Part shown: positions 10,300-19,659 of the stretch, one piece after another
Position numbering within the stretch: position 1 is the stretch's first letter
How the letters are laid out: each line of letters begins with the position of its first letter
NCBI GenBank assembly: GCA_003605065.1
Contig: QZJM01000049.1
Coordinates: 208 to 64,207 of the forward strand
Direction: 5' to 3'
Source of the DNA: Dethiobacter sp.
Lineage (GTDB): Bacteria > Bacillota > Dethiobacteria > DTU022 > UBA8154
Length of the DNA: 64,000 nucleotides
Translations under genes and position numbers: made by a program
Notes under the pieces: generated by a model
What the model was told of the DNA's origin: nothing
Seen by the model: the letters and a program-made list of their open reading frames with translations, nothing else
Databases searched by the model: none

Positions 10300-10612
10300 A
10301 TAAATTAAAAAAGCCTCTTGCCCAAATAAGGACGAGAGGCTTGCTTTCGCGGTGCCACCTTAATTGCCGGTAAAAATAATTAACCAGCATCTTTCTCAGG
10401 TACGGCCCAAAATTGCGTGGGCGATACCCTGAACTCTGCTAACGGTGCTCACTCCGGCAAAAACTACTAGGTAATAACCGTTCGTCATGCAATTCTTGAG
10501 TCCATTCGCTCTCTGCGCCTGGACCGGGCTCACACCTTTTCCCGGTTCTCTGGGCCTTCGCTCGAGAGTTACTAGTCTCATTCATAATTTTTTACATTAT
10601 GATGTTAGTTCT
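10300..10612 (-). promoter_or_regulatory. T-box riboswitch leader, putative Trp (UGG) specifier, with intrinsic terminator
   Basis: Minus strand reads AATTAAGGTGGCACCGCGAAAGCAAGCCTCTCGTCC...GGCAAGAGGCTTTTTT (T-box 14-mer plus terminator). Stem I carries AGAGAG-CGAA-UGG-A-CUCAAG, matching the GAA-codon-A specifier context. A second GC hairpin plus U-run lies at about 10241-10260. Confidence 0.75.
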
Positions 10613-10639
10613 CATTTATATCGTACTTTCACGGGTTTG

Positions 10640-11029
10640 TCAATAGGTGTATTCATCTCCCGTTTGCAGGTCTTCCCTTAAAACAACAGCCCCTCTTAAG
10701 TAAACATGCCGTATTTCTTCCGGCGTCCTTGTTGAATTAATCAGCATCAAAACGCGAATACAGCGAGAAAGGGATCCCGGTACATTAATTTCACTGGTAT
10801 CGAACAACGGCACATAAGTCCATCCCATCTGGCGGGCAGCTTTGGCAGGGAAAACAGCATTGAGGTCTGCCGTCATACTAAAAATAATTGCCGCTATCTC
10901 TTCTTTCACAATAGAATTTTTTTGCAGCATTTCCTGGAGGAGTTCCTTTGTTGCCTCCAAAATTTCATGAGCATCATTTGCAGAAACATCGATAGCCCCT
11001 CTGATACCCCTTAAACTTACACTCGGCAC
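10640..11029 (-). CDS. aroH: chorismate mutase, AroH class
   Basis: 129 aa. The RGIRGA start and overall match to the B. subtilis AroH monofunctional chorismate mutase. Confidence 0.8.
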   Translation of the reverse strand: MPSVSLRGIRGAIDVSANDAHEILEATKELLQEMLQKNSIVKEEIAAIIFSMTADLNAVFPAKAARQMGWTYVPLFDTSEINVPGSLSRCIRVLMLINSTRTPEEIRHVYLRGAVVLREDLQTGDEYTY

Positions 11030-11103
11030 TTTTATACCACACCTCGATTACAAAAGTTTTTCTTTGGCCACAAATATGATGTAATAAAAGACAGATATCT
11101 ATT

Positions 11104-11553
11104 TTACTCTTCATCTATCTCACAAAGAGCTCGTAAAGCCAAAAAATAGCTCTGCGGCCCGAAGCCGCTTATCTGGCCCCGTACAACAGGGGCAATAACA
11201 GAGCGGCGGCGAAACTCCTCCCTGGCGTAGATATTGGAAAGATGTACCTCCACAGCAGGAATGTTAACCCCTGCCAGGGCATCCCGCAGGGCGATACTAT
11301 AATGGGTAAAAGCCCCGGGATTAATAATAATTCCCTGATTTTTTCCAACCGCCCCGTGAATATGATCCAGCAAATCACCTTCACTGTTAGATTGATAACA
11401 TTCCAATTTTACCCCCAGCCTCTCTGCTTCCGTATGGAGCAAACCGTTCAGTTCTTCCAGGCTCAAATTACCGTAAATCTCTATCTCTCTGCTGCCCAGC
11501 AAGTTGAGGTTTGGTCCATGAAGCACCAAAAAGCTTTTCTTTCCACTGTCCAT
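11104..11553 (-). CDS. aroQ: 3-dehydroquinate dehydratase type II
   Basis: 149 aa with [12 protein letters not shown]...[10 protein letters not shown]. Confidence 0.9.
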   Translation of the reverse strand: MDSGKKSFLVLHGPNLNLLGSREIEIYGNLSLEELNGLLHTEAERLGVKLECYQSNSEGDLLDHIHGAVGKNQGIIINPGAFTHYSIALRDALAGVNIPAVEVHLSNIYAREEFRRRSVIAPVVRGQISGFGPQSYFLALRALCEIDEE

Positions 11554-11602
11554 CCAGACACCCCTTTTTATAAATTTACTATTATGCCCCTCCTGCAGTT
11601 CA

Positions 11603-12208
11603 TTAAAATTTCAAGGGCCTAATAGCATTAATTATCTCTTCAGCAATTTCCTGCATGGTCCTTCCAGTAGAGCTAATACATAAATCTGCCTGAAGATAGA
11701 AAGGCTTTCTCTTTTGCAGCAATTCCTCGATTTTTTTAAGGGAATTCTCCACTTGCAAAAGAGGCCTGTCATTCATTTCCTTTACTCTGCGGTAGGCCTC
11801 CTCGGCTGATACATCCAGGTAGACAATAATACCATTTTTTCTCAAAGCATCGAGGTTCCCGGGCCTCAGCACAGCACCGCCCCCAGTAGAGACCACACAG
11901 CTTCCCGGTGATTTTTTGCCCAGGATCTCCAGCACTTCAGTTTCCCTGCTGCGGAAATAATCTTCGCCATAGCACCTGAATATGTCATTCACGCTCATTC
12001 CCACTAGACCGGTTATAAGTTCGTCGGAATCAAAAAAATTGACCTTTAACAAGCGGGCCAGGATTTTGCCCACGCTGGTCTTCCCCGAACCCATGAAACC
12101 CGTCAGTAAGATGTTCCTCTTAAGTCGAAATGACGCCGGATTATCTTCTTCATACCCTGTATTGTTTTCGGAAGCTTGCATATTGCTACCCCGCAAAAAA
12201 TTTTTCAA
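11603..12208 (-). CDS. aroK: shikimate kinase
   Basis: Walker [12 protein letters not shown]. About 30 aa N-terminal extension in the longest ORF. Confidence 0.85.
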   Translation of the reverse strand: MKNFLRGSNMQASENNTGYEEDNPASFRLKRNILLTGFMGSGKTSVGKILARLLKVNFFDSDELITGLVGMSVNDIFRCYGEDYFRSRETEVLEILGKKSPGSCVVSTGGGAVLRPGNLDALRKNGIIVYLDVSAEEAYRRVKEMNDRPLLQVENSLKKIEELLQKRKPFYLQADLCISSTGRTMQEIAEEIINAIRPLKF

Positions 12209-13103
12209 CCGGTTTATAACCTATTTTAAAAGCATTTTGGAGAGCTTCTTTCATGATGCGCAATGGCGCTTCTTCCCCGGTAAAAATTTCAAACGCTTTT
12301 ACCCCCTGCCCCAGAAGCATATCCAGCCCATTCAATGCCAGAATACCGTTATTCTCAGCCCATTTCCCAAATGGGGCCAGCGGGGTGCTGTACCGCAGGT
12401 CAATTGCCGCCTTACATCCCCGCAAGTTTTGCTGGGGTAAAAACCCGAGTTCAACCGGATCTTCGCTCAGGGCATTTATGATCAAAGTTGAGCTTTCAAT
12501 GCTCTCCCGCAGAGAGTTTTTATCCAGTTTTACAATACTTACCTTCCCATCCTCAAAAATACCACCCCGGATTAAAAGAGAGGCCAGTCCTTCAGCCCTG
12601 GCAATGGTGCGGTTGGCAACAACCAGAGACTTAACCCCTGCTTTGGCCAGGGCCAGGGAAACAGCCCCGGCAGCCCCTCCTGCCCCCAGCAGGAAGGCAT
12701 CCTCCAACGGAAAGACGTTTCCAAGGTTGTTTTGCAGCAGGTAAAGGAAGCCGTCAACATCGGTGTTATAACCTACCAGCTTGCCTTCCTCATTTTCAAT
12801 GGTATTGACAGCCTTTAAAAATCCGGCCTCCGGAGAAAGCTCGTCTAAATATGGGACTACAGCTTCCTTATGCGGGGCCGTTACGTTCACACCCCTTAAC
12901 CCCAGGGAAGCTATGGCTCTGACCGCAGCCGGTAAATCATCTTTGCGCACGCGGAAAGGCAGGTAGCAAAAATTCAACTCTCTTTCCCTGAAGGCGGCAT
13001 TATGCATGGCAGGAGAAAAAGAGTGACTGACGGGATCCCCGAAAAGACCCACCACTTTTGTTTCACCGTTAATAACCATCCTCTTTCCGTTCTCTGAAAA
13101 CAA
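12186..13103 (-). CDS. aroE: shikimate 5-dehydrogenase
   Basis: 305 aa with VTAPHK, NTDVDGF and GAGGAAGAV Rossmann motifs. Confidence 0.88.
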   Translation of the reverse strand: MFSENGKRMVINGETKVVGLFGDPVSHSFSPAMHNAAFRERELNFCYLPFRVRKDDLPAAVRAIASLGLRGVNVTAPHKEAVVPYLDELSPEAGFLKAVNTIENEEGKLVGYNTDVDGFLYLLQNNLGNVFPLEDAFLLGAGGAAGAVSLALAKAGVKSLVVANRTIARAEGLASLLIRGGIFEDGKVSIVKLDKNSLRESIESSTLIINALSEDPVELGFLPQQNLRGCKAAIDLRYSTPLAPFGKWAENNGILALNGLDMLLGQGVKAFEIFTGEEAPLRIMKEALQNAFKIGYKPVEKFFAG

Positions 13104-13120
13104 TTTTTTTACACCTTTCT

Positions 13121-14245
13121 TTATAAGAGATCCCCTCGCAGGTATTCTTCAATAACCTGTTCCATAAGGGAGAAAGGGGGTGCTTTATACATCAGTACCC
13201 TGCCTGGAGCAGTAGGAAGTACAAAAACTAATTCCCCTCCCTCTTTCTTTTTATCATAGAATAAGGCTTCAGCGACAGTATCCTTGTTCAACCCCTGCGG
13301 GGGGAAAGGAGTCTTCAGCTGCTTAAGGAGAGTTTTAATCCTCCGTTCAGAAGCCGGGTCCAATATGTTTAACAATACCGCCAGCCTGGCTGCCATGGCC
13401 ATCCCGCATGCCACCGCTTCTCCGTGAAGGTAGTAGGCATAGCCGGTTGCTGCTTCCAGGGCATGGCCAAAAGTATGTCCAAAATTTAAGACGCGGCGTA
13501 AGTTTTTTTCCCTCTCATCCCGGCAGACTATTTCCCCCTTAATGAGGACAGCCCGGGCAATAAACTTTAAAAGCCAGGGATTGTCAATTTCGAGGAGCAG
13601 GCCCCGGGGAGAGGCCCTCCGGCTGAGGGATTTCAGGGATTCCAACCGCTCAAAAAGCTTTTTATCCCAAATAACCCCGTATTTTACCAGCTCGGCTAAC
13701 CCGGCGTTAAATTCCCGCTCCGGTAAAGTGTTAAGGGTATCTACATCGCTGATAACCAGCGACGGCTGGTAAAAAGCACCGATAAGGTTTTTCCCCAGGG
13801 GGTGGTTTACGGCTACTTTGCCTCCAATACTGCTGTCCACCATGGCCAGCAGCGTTGTAGGCACCTGGACATAGGGAACACCCCTTAAATAAGTAGCGGC
13901 TACAAATCCTGCCAGGTCGCCTGTCACTCCCCCGCCCAGAGCTACAATAGCTGCATGTCTGTCCAGGCCTGCTTCAAGTGCCCGCGTGTAAAGGGTTGAA
14001 GCTGCTGTTAAAGATTTATCTTTCTCTCCCCCCTCCAGCACTTCCAGGTAAGGTTTAAAACCTGCACGCCGCAGGCTCTCCAGGCATCTTTCGCCATAAT
14101 AAAGCGAAACATTCCTGTCGCTTACCACCAGGATGGAGCAGGCTGGCAGATACGCAGAGATAACGGAACCAATACTATCGATCATACCCCGGCCCAAATA
14201 GACTGGATAGGCTTTTTGGTCTGTTTTTATTTTAATTTTGAACAT
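13121..14245 (-). CDS. aroB: 3-dehydroquinate synthase
   Basis: 374 aa with GGGVTGDLAGFVAATYLRGV, the metal-binding HxxxH region and GHTFGHA. Confidence 0.9.
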   Translation of the reverse strand: MFKIKIKTDQKAYPVYLGRGMIDSIGSVISAYLPACSILVVSDRNVSLYYGERCLESLRRAGFKPYLEVLEGGEKDKSLTAASTLYTRALEAGLDRHAAIVALGGGVTGDLAGFVAATYLRGVPYVQVPTTLLAMVDSSIGGKVAVNHPLGKNLIGAFYQPSLVISDVDTLNTLPEREFNAGLAELVKYGVIWDKKLFERLESLKSLSRRASPRGLLLEIDNPWLLKFIARAVLIKGEIVCRDEREKNLRRVLNFGHTFGHALEAATGYAYYLHGEAVACGMAMAARLAVLLNILDPASERRIKTLLKQLKTPFPPQGLNKDTVAEALFYDKKKEGGELVFVLPTAPGRVLMYKAPPFSLMEQVIEEYLRGDLL

Positions 14246-15448
14246 CTACATTTCCCCTATATCTTGTATACCTTTATTTCCCCCCAGGTAACGTTTAGCC
14301 AACTCCATGTAGTTATGCCAAGCCATCTCCACTTCGGCCATCGAGTCTCCGGAAAATTTTTCCATAAAGGCCTTCGCTATCTCCCAGGCAACTACAGCTT
14401 CTCCGACAACTGAGGCGGCAGGAACAGCACAAATATCCGAGCGTTCTACAGCAGCGTCCTTTATCTTCCCGGTAGCCAGATCTATACTGGGCAGGGCCTT
14501 CTTTAAGGTAGGTATGGGCTTCATGGCCGCTCTTAAAATAACAGCCTGCCCGTTGGTTATACCTCCTTCAAGCCCTCCGGCATGGTTCGCAGACCTGGAA
14601 ATTTTGTTATGATCATCTAATACGATGGCATCGTGTACCAGTGATCCGGGTCTTCCGGCAGCACTAAAGCCCAAGCCTATCTCCACGCCTTTTATGCCGG
14701 GAATACTCATTAACGCCCCGGCCAGCCGTCCATCCAGGCGCCTGTCCCAGTGGACGTGGCTCCCGATCCCCGGAGGAAGCCCTTCAACCAGGACCTCAAA
14801 AACCCCTCCCAGGGTATCTCCCCTCTTCCTGGCCTGGTCGATCTTTTCCCGCATCAACTGCTCCGCTTCTCCGTCAAGACAGTAGAAAAGAGAGTTAGCC
14901 GTCTTTTCTTTGATAACACTTGCCCTTAATTCCGACCCTCGTGGAGAAGCCGAGACATCCCCCACGGCAACAACAAAACCGGCACTTATAATATGAAAAT
15001 GAGCCAGCAATAAAGAGGCGATACTGCCGACAGCCACGCGCATAGCCGTCTCCCTGGCGCTGGCGCGCTCCAGCACATTACGAAGATCGCGGTGGAAATA
15101 TTTTATCCCGCCGGCCAGGTCCGCATGCCCCGGCCGAGGGCTAGTCACCTTTCTTTCACCTGTTTCATCCAGCGGGTCTGGTGACATCACCTTTTGCCAG
15201 TTCAACCAATCCTTGTTTTCAATTAACAGGGCCAGAGGGCTACCCGTTGTTTTTCCAAAACGAACACCGGAGAGGATTTTAATGCGGTCTTTTTCTATAG
15301 ACATACGTCCTCCCCGGCCGTAGCCTCCCTGGCGCCTGACCAGCTGCTGGTTAATATAATCTTCTTTTATGGTCAAACCTGCCGGCAGTCCTTCAATAAT
15401 ACCCACCAGCGCGGGACCGTGAGACTCACCTGCTGATAAATAACGCAT
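14246..15448 (-). CDS. aroC: chorismate synthase
   Basis: The track ORF runs to 15646 (466 aa). The canonical start MRYLSAGESHGPAL is the ATG at 15448, giving 400 aa. Confidence 0.88.
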   Translation of the reverse strand: MRYLSAGESHGPALVGIIEGLPAGLTIKEDYINQQLVRRQGGYGRGGRMSIEKDRIKILSGVRFGKTTGSPLALLIENKDWLNWQKVMSPDPLDETGERKVTSPRPGHADLAGGIKYFHRDLRNVLERASARETAMRVAVGSIASLLLAHFHIISAGFVVAVGDVSASPRGSELRASVIKEKTANSLFYCLDGEAEQLMREKIDQARKRGDTLGGVFEVLVEGLPPGIGSHVHWDRRLDGRLAGALMSIPGIKGVEIGLGFSAAGRPGSLVHDAIVLDDHNKISRSANHAGGLEGGITNGQAVILRAAMKPIPTLKKALPSIDLATGKIKDAAVERSDICAVPAASVVGEAVVAWEIAKAFMEKFSGDSMAEVEMAWHNYMELAKRYLGGNKGIQDIGEM

Positions 15449-15647
15449 TCCCAAGCAGGCAGGACCTTTTAACGTTTCCCAGACAATCGCTAAAACTCCT
15501 GCCGTTCCCCCCTTTACTGTGTCTACTTTACAAAATGCTTCTTTAACAAGGCCCTCCCTGGATATGCAATGCTGCTTAGCAGGGCAACCTGGTTTAGAGC
15601 TTTCCGCGAAAACCACAGGAGCCCATGCCACAGCAGCCCAAATCAAG

Positions 15648-16934
15648 TTAAGCAGTTAGATTTTGTAAAAGTTCAAAAAAACCGGGAAAAGAAACCTGGA
15701 CAGGTTCAATTTCCTGGATGACCGTTTCGCCCCGTGCAAAAAGTGCAGCAACAGCCAGCGCCATCGCGATGCGGTGGTCACCATGACTTGAGCAACAGGA
15801 ACCTTTTATCCTGACCTTTCCCTTTATGATTAAACCATCGGGAAGCTCCTTAATAACCGCCCCCATTTTTCTCAGCTCCAGGGTTAAAGCGCTTAGGCGA
15901 TCAGTTTCCTTAAAACGCAATTCGCCTGCACCTTTGATAACCGTTTCACCTTCAGCAAAAAGGGCGGCAACAGCTATAACAGGTATTTCGTCTACCAGGC
16001 GCGGGATGATTTTGGAGTTAATCTCTATCCCTTTTAAGGAAGCACCGCTTTTAATGAAAAGGTCGGCTACCGGCTCAAAATTATATTCTCTTTTATTTAA
16101 AATTTTTACACCAGCCCCCATTTCTTCCAGCACATCAAGTATTCCAGTTCTGGTAGGGTTAATGCCTACTTCTTCAATTAAAAGTTCCCCTCTTGGAGCC
16201 AGTGCCGCCGCTACCAGAAAAAAGGAGGCTGATGATATATCCCCGGGTATTTGAATCCTCCTGGCTTTTAATTTAAAGGGAGTTTCAAGGATAACCCGTT
16301 CTTTTTCCCTCTTCATTCCGCTGCCCAGATAGCAGAGCATTCTCTCCGTATGATCCCTGGAACAAACTGGTTCAATTATTTCTGTCGTACCGCTGGTGTA
16401 CAGCGCAGCCAACAGAAGGGCTGATTTTACCTGGGCGCTGGCTACCGGCAAAGTATAGCGGATAGGGGTCAAGTCCCCGCCCCTTACATACAGCGGTAAG
16501 AGGGTACTGTTGTGGCGCCCATCGAGATAAGCTCCCATCTTTTTCAAAGGCTCAGTTACTCTTCCCATAGGTCTATTTCTTAAAGATGTATCTCCTGTTA
16601 AAGTTGAAAAAAATGGTTGCCCGGCCAGTACCCCCAGGAGAAGACGGGCGGTAGTACCAGAATTTTCCGCATTCAGAACATCCTCCGGTTCTCTCAAGCC
16701 CCGTAAACCCTTCCCCTTTACCTTCAACCTGTTCCAATCACCATAAAATTCAACACCTAATCCCTGCAGGCATTTATATGTACTCAGCGGATCTCCTGCC
16801 TCCAGAAGACCCTCCAGCTCCACTGTCCCTTCTACAAGGGAAGAGAGTATCAATGCCCTGTGGGAAATGGATTTATCACCCGGCACCCTGGTCTGGCCTA
16901 GCAGTTGTTCCCTGGGTTCTACAGTTATGTCCAT
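15648..16934 (-). CDS. aroA: 3-phosphoshikimate 1-carboxyvinyltransferase (EPSP synthase)
   Basis: 428 aa with LPGDKSISHR and the EPSPS fold repeats. Confidence 0.9.
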   Translation of the reverse strand: MDITVEPREQLLGQTRVPGDKSISHRALILSSLVEGTVELEGLLEAGDPLSTYKCLQGLGVEFYGDWNRLKVKGKGLRGLREPEDVLNAENSGTTARLLLGVLAGQPFFSTLTGDTSLRNRPMGRVTEPLKKMGAYLDGRHNSTLLPLYVRGGDLTPIRYTLPVASAQVKSALLLAALYTSGTTEIIEPVCSRDHTERMLCYLGSGMKREKERVILETPFKLKARRIQIPGDISSASFFLVAAALAPRGELLIEEVGINPTRTGILDVLEEMGAGVKILNKREYNFEPVADLFIKSGASLKGIEINSKIIPRLVDEIPVIAVAALFAEGETVIKGAGELRFKETDRLSALTLELRKMGAVIKELPDGLIIKGKVRIKGSCCSSHGDHRIAMALAVAALFARGETVIQEIEPVQVSFPGFFELLQNLTA

Positions 16935-16993
16935 TTTTTCATCCTTCCTTTTTCTATCCCCGTACCAGGCTTTTGGGGGTCCTTATCCCAATT

Positions 16994-17866
16994 TTACTGA
17001 AGAGAGCGTCTTACAAACCCGGCCTTTGTTAGTGTTTTTATCGTTTCTTTTTCATCCCCTTTTTCCAAATAACCATGCAGTAAATTTAATTCTTCCAGAA
17101 AAATTTTCAGAGAATCCCTTAAAAAAATTTTATTGGTAGCGAAAATATCATACCACATCGAAGGCTCCCCCATGGCAATACGAGTAGTATCTCTAAACCC
17201 TTTACCGGCAAGGGTAAAAAGCAGTTCATGTTCCTGGCCACAATTTCTTAAAGTATTAACGAGAGCAACAGCGACCATCTGGGGAAGGTGGCTGACCAGA
17301 GCTATCAACCTGTCATGTTCTTCCGGTTCCATTATAAAAGGGTGGGCTCTGATAGCACGGATAGTATCCTGCAGTTTTTCCAGCTTTGTGTTCGATGTAT
17401 GCCGTGTGGGAGTTAATAAATAAACGGCATTTTCCAGCAGGAAGGGATTTGCCGCGGTAACTCCAGCCTGTTCTGAACCGGCCATAGGATGACCGCCTAC
17501 GCCCGTTACTCCTGGAGGTAACACAATTTCCATGGTCTCAACGATCTTTTGCTTCGTACTCCCCACATCAGTTACCAGTGCGCCCTTTTGCAGAGAGGAG
17601 GAAATTTCCCCCAGCACTTTTACGATCTGGCTCACAGGCATGGAAAGGATGACCAGTTCAGCATCCTCTAGGGCTTGTGACAAGTCTGCTGTTTTATCTA
17701 CTGCTCCTCTCTCCCTGGCCTCTACCATGGCCCGGGCATTAACATCGTGTCCCCAGCGCTCCTCCACAACTTTATACTTTCCCAGAGCCATACCCACCGA
17801 GCCTCCGATAAGACCCAGCCCTATAATACAGCATTTTTTAAATAACGGCTTACAGGGTACGGCCAA
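16994..17866 (-). CDS. tyrA: prephenate dehydrogenase
   Basis: 290 aa with IIGLGLIGGS (NAD-binding) and the PDH core. Overlaps aroF by 17 nt. Confidence 0.85.
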   Translation of the reverse strand: MAVPCKPLFKKCCIIGLGLIGGSVGMALGKYKVVEERWGHDVNARAMVEARERGAVDKTADLSQALEDAELVILSMPVSQIVKVLGEISSSLQKGALVTDVGSTKQKIVETMEIVLPPGVTGVGGHPMAGSEQAGVTAANPFLLENAVYLLTPTRHTSNTKLEKLQDTIRAIRAHPFIMEPEEHDRLIALVSHLPQMVAVALVNTLRNCGQEHELLFTLAGKGFRDTTRIAMGEPSMWYDIFATNKIFLRDSLKIFLEELNLLHGYLEKGDEKETIKTLTKAGFVRRSLQ

Positions 17867-18887
17867 CTGTCTGTGCCACTCCTCTCAATGAACTAATCAT
17901 CTGTGAAAACTTTTCCGGAATTAGCGATTGGGGACCATCACAAAGTGCCTCTTTCGGCGCAGTATGTACCTCTACCAGCAGGCCGTCAGCACCGGCTGCC
18001 ACTGCAGCCAGGCTCATGGAAGGAACCCATTTCCACTTCCCGGTACCATGGCTGGGGTCGACAAATACCGGCAAATGGCTTAACTCTTTTACGATGGGAA
18101 CAGCACTGATATCCAGCGTATTACGGGTATATGTTGTTTCAAAAGTTCGTATTCCTCTTTCACAGAGAATGACCCGCTGGTTTCCACTGCTAAGAAGATA
18201 CTCTGCCGCCATTAACCATTCTTCAATAGTCGCTGACATCCCTCTCTTGATTAAAACAGGTTTATTTAGCTGCCCCAGTTCTGTAAGCAGCTTAAAATTT
18301 TGCATATTGCGTGCACCCACCTGGATTATATCGGCATAGCGGGCAACAATTTCCACGGAGTGCTGGTCCAGCACTTCTGTTATGATGGGAAGACCGGTTA
18401 TATCCCTGGCCTCGGCCATAATTTTCAAACCTTCTTCTTCCAGGCCTTGAAAGCTGTACGGAGAAGTGCGCGGCTTATATGCCCCCCCTCTTAAAATATC
18501 CGCCCCCCCTTTTTTTACAGCTTCAGCGACTTGAAGATATGATTCCCTTCCCTCAACGGCACACGGCCCGGCTACCAGGACTACTTTCCCACCGCCGATT
18601 TCAACTCCTCCAACTTTGAAAGCGGTCTTTTCCTTCTTGAACTCCCTGCTTACCAGCATGAAAGAGGGTGAAACAAGTATTACTCTTTCTACGGAAGACA
18701 TGGCCTCCAAAGCCTCTTTAACATCTTCCCGGGGGGAGCCGATGGCCCCCAGGATAGTACTGTTCTCGCCGGTGGAACGGTGTATACCATAGCCGAAACT
18801 CCTAATCCTCTTCTCTACCTCCTGAATTTCCTCTTCATCGGCACCTGAATCCATAATAACAATCATAAAAAATCCTCCTCTTAACAA
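17850..18887 (-). CDS. aroF: 3-deoxy-7-phosphoheptulonate (DAHP) synthase, type I-beta with N-terminal regulatory domain
   Basis: 345 aa with an N-terminal ferredoxin-like/ACT-like domain plus the KDO8PS-like TIM barrel (GPCAVE, LIKRG, DPSH), like Thermotoga/Bacillus AroA(G). Confidence 0.85.
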   Translation of the reverse strand: MLRGGFFMIVIMDSGADEEEIQEVEKRIRSFGYGIHRSTGENSTILGAIGSPREDVKEALEAMSSVERVILVSPSFMLVSREFKKEKTAFKVGGVEIGGGKVVLVAGPCAVEGRESYLQVAEAVKKGGADILRGGAYKPRTSPYSFQGLEEEGLKIMAEARDITGLPIITEVLDQHSVEIVARYADIIQVGARNMQNFKLLTELGQLNKPVLIKRGMSATIEEWLMAAEYLLSSGNQRVILCERGIRTFETTYTRNTLDISAVPIVKELSHLPVFVDPSHGTGKWKWVPSMSLAAVAAGADGLLVEVHTAPKEALCDGPQSLIPEKFSQMISSLRGVAQTVGRTL

Positions 18888-18969
18888 TTTATATACAATC
18901 TATTTAACCTGGCTATAAGTATGCGGAACCTGAAGGTCGTAACCTCGGCGAATCAGCACCCCCTTATTA

Positions 18970-19300
18970 AGATCAAAAAACTTCCATCCCATAGGGACGG
19001 AAGTTTAATCTTCACGCGGTACCACCCTGGTTAGGCACATAGTGCCCCCCTCTTATTAGAGTACGGACCAGAATTTTCCGCCCGATACCCTTAATACATA
19101 GTGCTTTTCAGCAGTGGTGTCAGGTACGGACTGAAAGCATTCCAGTCTTATACCCCCTTCCTTTTAACGGTGGAAGTTTCCGTCAAAGCCTACTAACCGT
19201 TAAGGCGTTATCGGCTTTCGGTTTGCTTCTCAGGAGTGTATTTCAGCAATTTAGGACACCGGGTCGCACCATCCCCCGGCTCTCTGAGATCCGTTTATTA
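18970..19300 (-). promoter_or_regulatory. T-box riboswitch leader (complete), putative Tyr (UAC) specifier, terminator 18974-19006
   Basis: Minus strand reads AACCAGGGTGGTACCGCGTGAAGATTAAACTTCCGTCCCTATGGGATGGAAGTTTTTT. Upstream are an F-box-like CCGTTAAAAGG and a Stem I carrying AGAGAG...GAUGGUG...GAAAUACAC (AA-UAC-A). Confidence 0.7.
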
Positions 19301-19386
19301 CCTACTTCTCTCCGTCATCGCTTTACTTAATTTTCTTGTACCGAACCGATGTTTAACCGGTAATACCAGCTTCTTCTCTACCTTTT

Positions 19387-19500
19387 CCGGTTCTTCAGCC
19401 TACGACTCCAGAGGGAACTTCTTCTGGTCGTTATACTGAGAGGCTTTCAGCCTGCGACCTCTCATCTCTGTGGAAAACATCACCAGATTACTTTCCTCTT
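19387..19500 (-). promoter_or_regulatory. additional T-box Stem I-like module at 5' end of aroF leader (homolog of pheA Stem I; GAAGUUCCC specifier context)
   Basis: Minus strand reads AAGAGGAAAGTA...CACAGAGATGAGAGGTCGCAGGCTGAAAGCC...GAAGTTCCCTCTGGAGTCGTAGGCTGAAG. This is about 70% identical to pheA leader Stem I (19676-19790, plus strand). No T-box 14-mer or terminator of its own was seen. Confidence 0.55.
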
Positions 19501-19541
19501 TCCTTGTCTTTGGTTAATTTAAAATTAAATAATTAACTTTA

Positions 19542-19570
19542 ATTTTAGCACAGGGTTTTTACTCTGTCAA
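19542..19570 (-). promoter_or_regulatory. sigma-A type promoter for aroF supraoperon leader (TTGACA-17-TAAAAT)
   Basis: Reverse complement of 19542-19570 gives TTGACAgagtaaaaaccctgtgcTAAAAT. The leader begins about 35 nt downstream with GAAAGAGGAAAGTA. Confidence 0.6.
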
Positions 19571-19623
19571 CTATTTTTTTCTTGAAAAATTTTTTTTGAA
19601 AAGGATTTGAAAAAGAATTTTTG

Positions 19624-19653
19624 TTGACACCGGGCAGGTTCCTATGCTAATAT
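19624..19653 (+). promoter_or_regulatory. sigma-A type promoter for pheA leader (TTGACA-18-TAATAT)
   Basis: TTGACAccgggcaggttcctatgcTAATAT on the plus strand, back-to-back with the aroF promoter. Confidence 0.6.
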
Positions 19654-19659
19654 TACACA

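Noticed and set aside
14246-15646. 466-aa version of aroC
   Set aside because: The N-terminal 66 residues are not chorismate-synthase-like. The conserved start is the ATG at 15448.
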